Below, in pieces: positions 9,282-17,970 of a stretch of 64,000 nucleotides of DNA. Numbering within the stretch: the first letter of the stretch is position 1; the number at the start of each line of letters is the position of its first letter. The stretch is taken from contig DAIDEE010000005.1 in assembly GCA_027308685.1 (NCBI GenBank), positions 26 through 64,025 of the forward strand, written 5' to 3'. The notes under the pieces were generated by a model that worked only from the letters and a program-made list of their open reading frames with translations, was not told the origin of the DNA and made no database searches. The translations under genes were made by a program, and so were the position numbers. Source of the DNA: Acidocella sp. (lineage in GTDB: Bacteria > Pseudomonadota > Alphaproteobacteria > Acetobacterales > Acetobacteraceae).

Positions 9282-9731
9282 TCAGTCGTCGCGGTGGACA
9301 CGCTCCATTTTTTCGTGGCGCTCCTGGGCTTCGATCGACATCGTGGCGATCGGGCGGGCTTCGAGCCGACGCAGGCCGATGGGCTCACCAGTTTCCTCGC
9401 AATAACCGTAGGTGTTGTTCTCGATTCGTAACAGTGCCTGGTCAATTTTGGTGATCAGCTTGCGGGCGCGGTCGCGGGTACGCAGTTCGAGCGCCCGGTC
9501 GGTTTCCACACTGGCGCGGTCGGTGATGTCGGCCTCGAGAATCCCGCCCTCACCCAATGACGCCAGGGTACCATTGGCCTCCTTGACCAAGTCAGCCCGC
9601 CAGCGGAGCAATTTCTGACGGAAATATTCCACCTGCATGGGATTCATGAATTCCTCGTTATCCGAGGGCCGGTAATCCGGTGGCAGAGATAGTAGCATGC
9701 CGTCGGTATCCTTATCTTTATCCTGGACCAA
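9282..9731 (-). CDS. dksA: RNA polymerase-binding protein DksA (one-Cys type; start may be ATG 9698)
   Basis: DITDRA coiled-coil tip and YGYCEETGEPIGLRRLEARP. Confidence 0.93.
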   Translation of the reverse strand: MVQDKDKDTDGMLLSLPPDYRPSDNEEFMNPMQVEYFRQKLLRWRADLVKEANGTLASLGEGGILEADITDRASVETDRALELRTRDRARKLITKIDQALLRIENNTYGYCEETGEPIGLRRLEARPIATMSIEAQERHEKMERVHRDD

Positions 9732-9759
9732 TCACCACCGATTCCCAGGATTGGGGCGG

Positions 9760-9788
9760 CTTATAGCGATGGGTGGGCAACAAGCCAA
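9760..9788 (-). promoter_or_regulatory. Putative sigma70 promoter of dksA
   Basis: Minus strand TTGGCT-17 nt-TATAAG followed by CCGCCCC discriminator. Confidence 0.5.
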
Positions 9789-9940
9789 GCGCCTCGGCGA
9801 TGCATTTTATATTGCACTGCGGCATATTTGTCACGTTTGCCAAAAGTTAAGGCAAACCGGCTAAAAATCTGTGGCGGCAGCTCCCGCGGGGTGCCAGTTA
9901 TAAGCTGTATGGATGATAAAATCATGACGAGTGCGGTTTC

Positions 9941-11032
9941 ATGAGTTTTTACGGTCTGGCGGCGACGCTGCGGGACGCGGTGGCCCTGGCTGAGGCGCGG
10001 GGCCCTGGCTGCAAGGTAGGATTTGGGGCGGCACAGGCCGGTTTTGTTGAGGTTTTAGCGCCCGAAGGTGCTGATTTAACGCTGGCTGATGTTAGGGCCG
10101 GCGCGGCGCTGGGTCGGTCGCGCTATTTCTTCACGTTTGGCAATCACGCCGCCGCGTTCAATCTGGCCAGCATCGGCCCCATCATCGACCAATTGGCGGC
10201 GAATACTGGCGTTGGATTCATGGCGGCCTGCCTCGCTAACCCGACGATGGGCCGTACCATGTATCAGGGCCAGTTATTTGAGGCCGGGCACTTGCGCGGT
10301 GACATGGTGCGGGCGTTTGGGGCCGCCCTTGAGGGCAATGTCGGGCTGGTCACGCATGAGATTGTCGCCGCCGGGGCAGCGGCGATCCGGCGGCAGTGCA
10401 GCGGGCTGAAAGAGCAGGGCAAGAGCCTGGTGTTGATCGATGCCATCAACGAGGATGATTGCAGTGCCATTTTCAACGCTGTTGGCAATTATGCCTTGAT
10501 CGGTGGGGCGGCGTGGCTGAGCGAGCAGGCGCACGCGGCGGCGCCCTCTCAACCTGCGGGGCCCATTGCGATTTTATCGGGCGCCCTGGACCGCCAGACG
10601 ATTTTTCAAATTGGCGCGGCACGATGCGTGTTGCCGGTATTCGACCTGGAGGTGCGGGCGCCGCGGGCGGCAGAGGTGGCGCTGGAGTGGACGGCGGATA
10701 AAATTGGCAAGACGGCTTTTATCATCAGCAGTTCGGTGCCGCCCGATAAAATTGCGGAAGGTGCGCCGGTGGCTGAGATGTTTGGTGACATTGCCAGGGG
10801 CTTAGTGGCTAACGGCGTGCAGCGTATGGTGATTGCAGGAAGCGAAACCGCGCAGGCGGTGCTGCTGGCTTTAGGGATTACGCGGTTGCAGAGCGGCGCG
10901 AATTTAGGGCCGCTGGTCTGGTTGGAAAATGAAACATTGTCCATCTGCGTCAAACCCGGTGGTATTGGTGCAAAAGGGATTTTTCTGACCGAGTTTGAGC
11001 CGCAAATTTGCCGCAATGGGGCGTCTGAGTGA
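9941..11032 (+). CDS. Divergent four-carbon acid sugar kinase family (OtnK/DUF1537-like) protein
   Basis: GRTMYQGQLF, IGPIIDQL, GVQRMVIAGSET and KPGGIG align to OtnK. The N-terminal DDxTG and KYCSTFDS motifs are absent. Confidence 0.7.
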   Translation: MSFYGLAATLRDAVALAEARGPGCKVGFGAAQAGFVEVLAPEGADLTLADVRAGAALGRSRYFFTFGNHAAAFNLASIGPIIDQLAANTGVGFMAACLANPTMGRTMYQGQLFEAGHLRGDMVRAFGAALEGNVGLVTHEIVAAGAAAIRRQCSGLKEQGKSLVLIDAINEDDCSAIFNAVGNYALIGGAAWLSEQAHAAAPSQPAGPIAILSGALDRQTIFQIGAARCVLPVFDLEVRAPRAAEVALEWTADKIGKTAFIISSSVPPDKIAEGAPVAEMFGDIARGLVANGVQRMVIAGSETAQAVLLALGITRLQSGANLGPLVWLENETLSICVKPGGIGAKGIFLTEFEPQICRNGASE

Positions 11033-11811
11033 GCAGCATGATCATTGAACCACTGACCCAGACCAAACCTGAAATTGCTGCCGGAGCGCCGATGATTTCG
11101 GTGGTGGTGCCGGTGCATAACGAGGCGCCGAATATTCCGCCGTTGATCGCTGCGATCAGCGCGGCATTAGGCAGCATCGATCATGAGATCGTTTATGTCG
11201 ATGATGGCAGTTCCGATCATTCACCGGCGGTGCTGGCTGAAATTGCCGGAGGGCTGCCGACCTTGGTGCGGGTGCGCCATAAGGCCAGTTGCGGGCAGAG
11301 TGCGGCGGTGATTACCGGCGTGAAAGCGGCGCGGGGTAAATATATTGCCACGCTCGATGGCGATGGCCAGAATGACCCCAGCGATATTCCCGCCATGCTC
11401 GATGCCGCTCTGACCGCCGAAGCAGCGGGCGCGAACCCGGTGCTGATTGCCGGGCATCGCATCTCGCGCCAGGATTCCGAGGCCAAGCGCTGGGGCTCAA
11501 AAATCGCCAATGCGGTGCGCGGCCGGTTGCTGAAGGATGGCACGCCGGACACTGGGTGCGGGTTGAAATTATTCCGCCGCCAGGCATTCCTCGAACTGCC
11601 GCATTTTGATCATATCCATCGGTTTTTGCCGGCGCTGTTCATTCGCGCCGGCGGCAGGGTGGTTTCGGTCCCGGTGAAACATCATGCGCGTGCGCATGGG
11701 GCTTCGCATTACGGCACCTGGGACCGTTTGAAGGTTGGCATGGTTGATCTGCTGGGCGTGGCCTGGCTGCAACGGCGCTGGAAACTACCGCGGATTGACC
11801 CCAACCCATGA
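11029..11811 (+). CDS. GT2 polyprenyl-phosphate glycosyltransferase (Dpm1/ArnC-like)
   Basis: SVVVPVHNE, VDDGSSD, TLDGDGQNDP, PDTGCGLKLFRR and HRFLP. Confidence 0.88.
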   Translation: MSSMIIEPLTQTKPEIAAGAPMISVVVPVHNEAPNIPPLIAAISAALGSIDHEIVYVDDGSSDHSPAVLAEIAGGLPTLVRVRHKASCGQSAAVITGVKAARGKYIATLDGDGQNDPSDIPAMLDAALTAEAAGANPVLIAGHRISRQDSEAKRWGSKIANAVRGRLLKDGTPDTGCGLKLFRRQAFLELPHFDHIHRFLPALFIRAGGRVVSVPVKHHARAHGASHYGTWDRLKVGMVDLLGVAWLQRRWKLPRIDPNP

Positions 11812-12485
11812 AGGCCCCGATGAAACACGCCCGTGTCTCAGCCTTGACCCATACCGCCCTCAAGCCAGCCTTGATGGCCGGGGCGATGGTCACTGTGGCA
11901 TTATGCCTGCCCCTGCTCGGCGGCGGTGCCGCACAATCAACCCTGGTGGCTTTGGTCTCGCAAGGTGGGGTTTGGGGCCCCGCGATGTATCTGTTGGTGG
12001 CGACCATGCTCACCGCCATAGGTTTGCCCCGGCAGATCCCGGCGTTTGTGGCCGGATATGCCTTTGGTACTTGGAGCGGCGTTGCGATTGCGCTGCTCAG
12101 CCTGATGATGGCCTGCGGGCTGGATTTTATTTGGGCGCGGGCGGTGGGGCGCGCGTTCGTCACGCGCCGATTCGGTAAGGTATTGCACAAAATTGATTCG
12201 ACCCTGGCGGCACGGCCCTTTATTGCCACGCTCATGTTTCGCCTTATGCCGGTGGGCAGCAATATCCTGCTTAATCTGGCGGCTGGTCTGTCCTCGGTGC
12301 GGCCATTGCCATTTATGGCAGCATCACTGATAGGGTTCATCCCACAGACAGTGGTATTTGCGATGATGGGTCGGGGTAGCGCACCCAGCCATATGAATAT
12401 GTTGTTCATCGGAATCGCGACATTCATAGTATCTGCTTCTCTCGGAACCCTATTATTTAGAAATTATCGCCAACAAACCGCTTAA
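11808..12485 (+). CDS. TVP38/TMEM64 (VTT/DedA superfamily) membrane protein
   Basis: Hydrophobic, with LMFRLMPV and FIPQTVVF motifs of the SNARE-associated/VTT domain. Confidence 0.82.
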   Translation: MKAPMKHARVSALTHTALKPALMAGAMVTVALCLPLLGGGAAQSTLVALVSQGGVWGPAMYLLVATMLTAIGLPRQIPAFVAGYAFGTWSGVAIALLSLMMACGLDFIWARAVGRAFVTRRFGKVLHKIDSTLAARPFIATLMFRLMPVGSNILLNLAAGLSSVRPLPFMAASLIGFIPQTVVFAMMGRGSAPSHMNMLFIGIATFIVSASLGTLLFRNYRQQTA

Positions 12486-12579
12486 AATATTAAGCTGGCC
12501 TGCTACGGGCGTTGCGCGAACACTACAATTATGCAATTTGCTTATCCCAAATAAGTACACCTACTTGGGATGATTCGAT

Positions 12580-13324
12580 TTGGCTGAGACAATTCTGGAA
12601 ACATCCGGACTGACAAAGGCGTTTAATGGCTTCACCGCCGTGAGCGATGTCAATTTGCGTATTGAGACCGGCAGCATTCATGCGCTGATCGGGCCAAATG
12701 GCGCGGGTAAAACCACTTGCTTTAACCTGCTGACGAAATTTTTGCAGCCCACCTCCGGGACCATTCATTTTGATGGCCAGGACATCACCGCCCAGAAACC
12801 CGCCGACATCGCGCGGCTTGGACTGGTGCGCAGCTTCCAGATCTCCGCGGTGTTCTCGCATTTAACCACTGTTGAGAATGTTCGCATTGCGTTGCAGCGC
12901 GAACGCGGCGCCAATTTTGACTTCTGGCGCTCTGACCGGATTTTACAGCGCTACAACGACCGGGCGCATGAATTATTGCATGATGTGGGGCTGACCGATG
13001 CCATAAACACACCGGCGGGCGAGCTTTCCTATGGCCGCAAGCGGGCCCTGGAAATTGCCACGACCCTGGCACTGGAACCCAAGCTGATGCTGCTTGATGA
13101 GCCGACCGCTGGGATGACTGAAGCGGATGTGGTGCGCATCGTGACACTGATCAGCCGGTTGCGGGCGGGACGTACCATTTTGATGGTGGAGCATAATCTT
13201 TCAGTGGTCTCGGGCCTGTCAGATAAAATTACAGTATTGACGCGCGGCAAGGTTCTGGCCGAAGGCAATTATGAGACTGTTTCAAAGCATCCTGATGTGA
13301 TCACGGCTTATTTGGGAACTGACC

Positions 13325-13332
<8 letters not shown>
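12580..13332 (+). CDS. livG: LIV-type ABC transporter ATP-binding protein
   Basis: GPNGAGKTT, LSYG signature, LLDEP and VEHN. Confidence 0.88.
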
Positions 13333-14017
<685 letters not shown>

Positions 14018-14060
14018 TTTACGACGCCTACAAGCCAACACTCTAAAGGAGATTTCCAAG

Positions 14061-15296
14061 ATGAAAGTCACACGACGTAAAGTTCTCGGCACCGCCGCCG
14101 TAGCAACCGCTGCGACCGCCGCCATGCCTACCCTGCCTGCCCGCGCGGCCGGCAAGTCGCTTACCATCGGCGTTTGCAGTGATTTTTCTGGCCCTTACAG
14201 CGATGTAGGCGGCGAGACCTCAGTGGCGTGCGTCAAGCAGGCTCTTGAAGATTTTGGTGCGGCCAACAAAGGCTACGATGTCACCGTGATTAAGGGCGAC
14301 CACCAGAACAAGCCGGACGTTGGTGCTGGCCTGGCCCGCCAGTGGTTCGACAGCGGTGTGGATTTGCTGATCGACGTGCCGAACTCCGCCGTTGGCCTTG
14401 CCATCGCCGGCGTGGCCGCTGAAAAAAATAAAGCCTATATCAATTCCAATGCGGCGACCTCGCTGCTCAGCGGCGCCAAGTGCAACGCGCAGACGATCCA
14501 TTGGACCTATGACACCTACATGCTGGCGCATTCCACCGGCGGCGCGATGGTGGCAGCCGGCGGCAAAAAATGGTTCTTCATCACCGCCAACTATGCCTTC
14601 GGCCAGTTGCTGCGCGACCAGACCGAAGCCGTGGTGAAAGCCGCTGGCGGTACGGTGCTGGGCGATGCCCCGTATCCGTTCCCGCAGACCACCGACTTCT
14701 CATCCTTTCTGGTGCAGGCTCAGGCTTCCGGCGCTGACGTGCTCGGCCTCGCAAATGCCGGTAAGGATACTATCAACTCGATCAAGCAGGCTCACCAGTT
14801 CGGTATCACCGAATCCGGCATGAAAATTGCCGGTCTGCTCATCTTCCTGAACGACGTTCATGGCCTGGGCCTGGATATCGCGCAGGGGCTGATTTTGACC
14901 GAGAGCTTCTATTGGAACATGAACGACCGCACCCGCGCATTTACCAAGCGCGTGCTGCCGAAGACCCCGAACAACTACCCCTCCATGGGTCATGCCGGTT
15001 GCTATTCGGGCACCCTGCACTTCATGAAGGCGGTTGATGTTATCGGCGTGCCGGCTGCCAGCAGTGGCGCGGCGGTGGTTGAGCAGATGAAGAAAATGCC
15101 AACCGATGACGATGCGTTCGGCAAACGTTCGGTGCGTGAAGACGGCCGCTTTATGTGCCCGTCCTATCTGTTCCGCGTGAAGAAGCCGGGCGAGAGCAGC
15201 ATTGCGTGGGATTATTATGACCTGCTGCACACCACGCCAGCCGAACAAACCTTCGCGCCACTGGCGAGCGAAGGCTGCCCGCTCGTTAAAGCCTGA
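14061..15296 (+). CDS. LIV-family periplasmic substrate-binding protein with Tat signal
   Basis: TRRKVL twin-arginine leader, DHQNKPDVG and type I PBP fold motifs. Confidence 0.88.
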   Translation: MKVTRRKVLGTAAVATAATAAMPTLPARAAGKSLTIGVCSDFSGPYSDVGGETSVACVKQALEDFGAANKGYDVTVIKGDHQNKPDVGAGLARQWFDSGVDLLIDVPNSAVGLAIAGVAAEKNKAYINSNAATSLLSGAKCNAQTIHWTYDTYMLAHSTGGAMVAAGGKKWFFITANYAFGQLLRDQTEAVVKAAGGTVLGDAPYPFPQTTDFSSFLVQAQASGADVLGLANAGKDTINSIKQAHQFGITESGMKIAGLLIFLNDVHGLGLDIAQGLILTESFYWNMNDRTRAFTKRVLPKTPNNYPSMGHAGCYSGTLHFMKAVDVIGVPAASSGAAVVEQMKKMPTDDDAFGKRSVREDGRFMCPSYLFRVKKPGESSIAWDYYDLLHTTPAEQTFAPLASEGCPLVKA

Positions 15297-15342
15297 CGTT
15301 ACGGGTGTTCGCACCTGTGACTGTAATCTGACGACCACGACG

Positions 15343-15381
15343 ACGTTGCCGTTGAAACCTTAAAAAGTTTCAACGGCACGT
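15343..15381 (+). terminator. Intercistronic stem-loop after the binding-protein gene
   Basis: 12-bp perfect stem TGCCGTTGAAAC/GTTTCAACGGCA. Confidence 0.6.
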
Positions 15382-15408
15382 TATGTTTCTGCAAGGAACC
15401 AGCATCCC

Positions 15409-16296
15409 ATGACCATGATTTTCGGCAAGCCAGCGCCGTTGCTATTTGGGCAACTTGTGCTCGGCATCATCAATGGCTCTTTTTATGCCATGCTCTCGAT
15501 GGGGCTTGCGATTATTTTTGGCCTCCTGCGGATTATTAATTTCGCGCATGGGGCGATGTTCATGATCGGCGCCTTCGTGACCTGGGGACTGCTGAATTAT
15601 CTGAATATTAATTTCTGGTTTGCCCTGGTGCTGGCGCCCCTGATTGTCGGTGCGGCTGGTTATGCGCTGGAGCGCTCGGTGATCCAGCGGATTTATAAGC
15701 TCGATATTCTGTATGGGCTGCTGCTGACCTTCGGCCTGGCGCAATTGCTGCAAGGGCTGATGACAAATTATTTTGGCTCCTCGGGCGTGAGCTACAACAC
15801 GCCTGATATTTTAAGCGGCGTCATGCACCTCGGCTTTATGTATCTGCCGGTTTACCGCGCCTTCGTTATCGGGGCGGCCATACTGATTTGCTTCGGGGTC
15901 TGGTTCGCTGTTGAAAAAACCAGCCTTGGGGCGCTGCTGCGGGCCGCAACGGAAAACCCGACCCTGGTGCAATCCTTCGGTGTGAACGTGCCGCGGTTGA
16001 TCGCGCTGACCTTTGCCGGGGGCGTAGCACTGGCGGCCCTCGCCGGGGTGCTGGCCGCACCGCTTTACTCGGTCAACCCCGACATGGGCTCCGAACTCAT
16101 CAACACCGTGTTTGCCGTGGTGGTTATCGGTGGCATGGGCTCGATCGGCGGTGCCATCATCACCGGCTTTGGGCTTGGCGTGATTGTTGGTTTTACCGAT
16201 GTGTTCTACCCGCCAGGTTCCGCCGTGGTGGTGTTCGTGGTCATGGCAATTATTCTGCTGGCGCGACCCGCCGGTCTGTTCGGCAAGGTGGCTTAA
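15409..16296 (+). CDS. livH: LIV-type ABC permease
   Basis: GLAIIFGLLRIINFAHG and GGMGSIGGA. Confidence 0.88.
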   Translation: MTMIFGKPAPLLFGQLVLGIINGSFYAMLSMGLAIIFGLLRIINFAHGAMFMIGAFVTWGLLNYLNINFWFALVLAPLIVGAAGYALERSVIQRIYKLDILYGLLLTFGLAQLLQGLMTNYFGSSGVSYNTPDILSGVMHLGFMYLPVYRAFVIGAAILICFGVWFAVEKTSLGALLRAATENPTLVQSFGVNVPRLIALTFAGGVALAALAGVLAAPLYSVNPDMGSELINTVFAVVVIGGMGSIGGAIITGFGLGVIVGFTDVFYPPGSAVVVFVVMAIILLARPAGLFGKVA

Positions 16297-16297
16297 T

Positions 16298-17233
16298 ATG
16301 TTTGGTTTTTCCCGCGCCCAACTGATCGCCTTTGTGGTCCTCGTCGCCATCGTTATCATCTCGCCGTTCATTTTTTACCCGATCGTGGTGATGCAGGTGA
16401 TGTGTTTTGCCTTGTTCGCCATGGGCGCCAATTTGCTGATGGGCTCAATTGGGCTGCTCTCACTCGGACAATCAGCTTATTTCGGCCTGGGTGGCTATGT
16501 CGCCGGTTACCTCGTGCAGAGCTACGGGCTGACCCCCGACCTTGGCATCATCGCCGGTGGTCTGGCTGGCGCAGCCCTCGGCACGGTGTTCGGCTGGCTG
16601 GTGATCCGCCGCCAGACGATCTACTTCGCCATGATTACATTGGCGTTGGCGCAAATCGTGTATTTTGTGGCCGTGCAGGATACCAGCATCACCGGCGGTG
16701 AAAACGGCATCCAAGGCATTCCGCGTAGCAGCCTGTTCGGCGTGTTCTCCCTGAATAGCGACATGGCGATGTATGTAGTGGTCGCCATTGTGTTCCTTGC
16801 CGGGTTCCTGTTGGTCCATCGCACCATCCACTCGCCCTTCGGTCAGGTCATCAAAGCCATCCGCGAAAACGAACCCCGCGCTATCTCACTCGGCTATAAA
16901 ACCGACCAATATAAATGGATCGTGTTCATTATCGCAGCCACCCTCGCCGGGGTGGCCGGTGCCACCAAAGCCATGGTCATGGGGATCGAGACCCTCACCG
17001 ATGTGGGTACCGCAACCTCCGGCCTGGTGGTGCTGATGGTGCTGCTGGGTGGGATTGGAACCATCTTCGGACCCATCGTTGGTGCCCTCATCGTCGTCGC
17101 CATGCAATACTACCTCGCCCCGTTCGGTGCTTGGGTCGTGGTCATCCAAGGCGCTATTTTCATGCTGTGCGTCCTCACCTTCCGCCGCGGCGTCATCGGC
17201 GAACTCGCACACCGGCTGAAAACGCAGCTCTGA
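16298..17233 (+). CDS. livM: LIV-type ABC permease
   Basis: GLLSLGQSAYFGLGGY, TGGENG and SPFGQVIKAIRENE. ATG at 16298. Confidence 0.88.
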   Translation: MFGFSRAQLIAFVVLVAIVIISPFIFYPIVVMQVMCFALFAMGANLLMGSIGLLSLGQSAYFGLGGYVAGYLVQSYGLTPDLGIIAGGLAGAALGTVFGWLVIRRQTIYFAMITLALAQIVYFVAVQDTSITGGENGIQGIPRSSLFGVFSLNSDMAMYVVVAIVFLAGFLLVHRTIHSPFGQVIKAIRENEPRAISLGYKTDQYKWIVFIIAATLAGVAGATKAMVMGIETLTDVGTATSGLVVLMVLLGGIGTIFGPIVGALIVVAMQYYLAPFGAWVVVIQGAIFMLCVLTFRRGVIGELAHRLKTQL

Positions 17234-17425
17234 GGGTGGGTAGGTAAAACCCCGCTCAGGGCACGGCCCCTAGAGCCATTAAAGTTAAAGAAAAGGGCCG
17301 CTCGCTGGTGTTGAAACACCAATGAGCGGCCCCTTTTTTTAACGTCACTAATAGTTTCCAAAGGCTGAGCCTTTGGCGGGGGTTTAAGGGGGCAGAGCCC
17401 CTTGACCTTACCTACCCCACCTTCA
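17231..17425. repeat. ~195 bp imperfect-palindrome (REP/MITE-like) element with a central bidirectional terminator
   Basis: Ends are TGAGGGTGGGTAGGTAA and (reverse complement) TGAAGGTGGGGTAGGTAA. Centre is AAAAGGGCCGCTC...GAGCGGCCCTTTTTTTT. Confidence 0.7.
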
Positions 17426-17968
17426 GGGCAGCCGTTCACCGGCGGGTGGCGGGGTTTGGGCGATGTTCATGATCATGGCGAGGGTGGCGTAGTAGCCGGC
17501 GATGGTTGTGAGGTCGATAACGCCTTGTTCGGAGAAATGCTCGGCGGCGGCGGCGAAGGTGGGGGTGCTGACGGTGCGGCTGGCTTCAAGCTCGGTGAGG
17601 AAGTCCCACGCGGCTTGTTCGGAGGCGGATAGCTCAGGTGGGCGGCGGCCTTGGCCGATGGCGATGATGGTATCGGGGTTGAGGCCGGTTTTGAGGGCGA
17701 TGGGGTGATGGATGGCCCATTCGGTTTGCTGGTGGTAGGCGCGCGCCACCATCAGGATCGCGAGTTCGCGGATCGTGGGGGGCAGGACGCTGCCAAAGCG
17801 GAGGTATTCGCCGACTTTTTCGAGGCGGTTCATCAGGTCGGGGCTGCGCAGCAGCGGGATGAAGGGGCCTTCAAAAGTGCCGCGCGGGCCGTTGATGATT
17901 TCAGCCTTGGCGTCCCGCTGCGCGGGCGTGAGATGCGCGTCGGGGAGTGGGGGCAGACGGTCGGTCAT
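17423..17968 (-). CDS. Carboxymuconolactone decarboxylase (AhpD-like) family protein
   Basis: GPRG...GPFIPLLRSP, RELAILMVAR and EWAIH. Confidence 0.82.
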   Translation of the reverse strand: MTDRLPPLPDAHLTPAQRDAKAEIINGPRGTFEGPFIPLLRSPDLMNRLEKVGEYLRFGSVLPPTIRELAILMVARAYHQQTEWAIHHPIALKTGLNPDTIIAIGQGRRPPELSASEQAAWDFLTELEASRTVSTPTFAAAAEHFSEQGVIDLTTIAGYYATLAMIMNIAQTPPPAGERLP

Positions 17969-17970
17969 GG

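Noticed and set aside
9282-9731. DksA lacking the four-Cys zinc finger
   Set aside because: The one-Cys, zinc-independent type is common in alphaproteobacteria
17231-17425. Possible CRISPR array or intact IS
   Set aside because: No regularly spaced direct repeats with spacers, no cas gene and no transposase ORF
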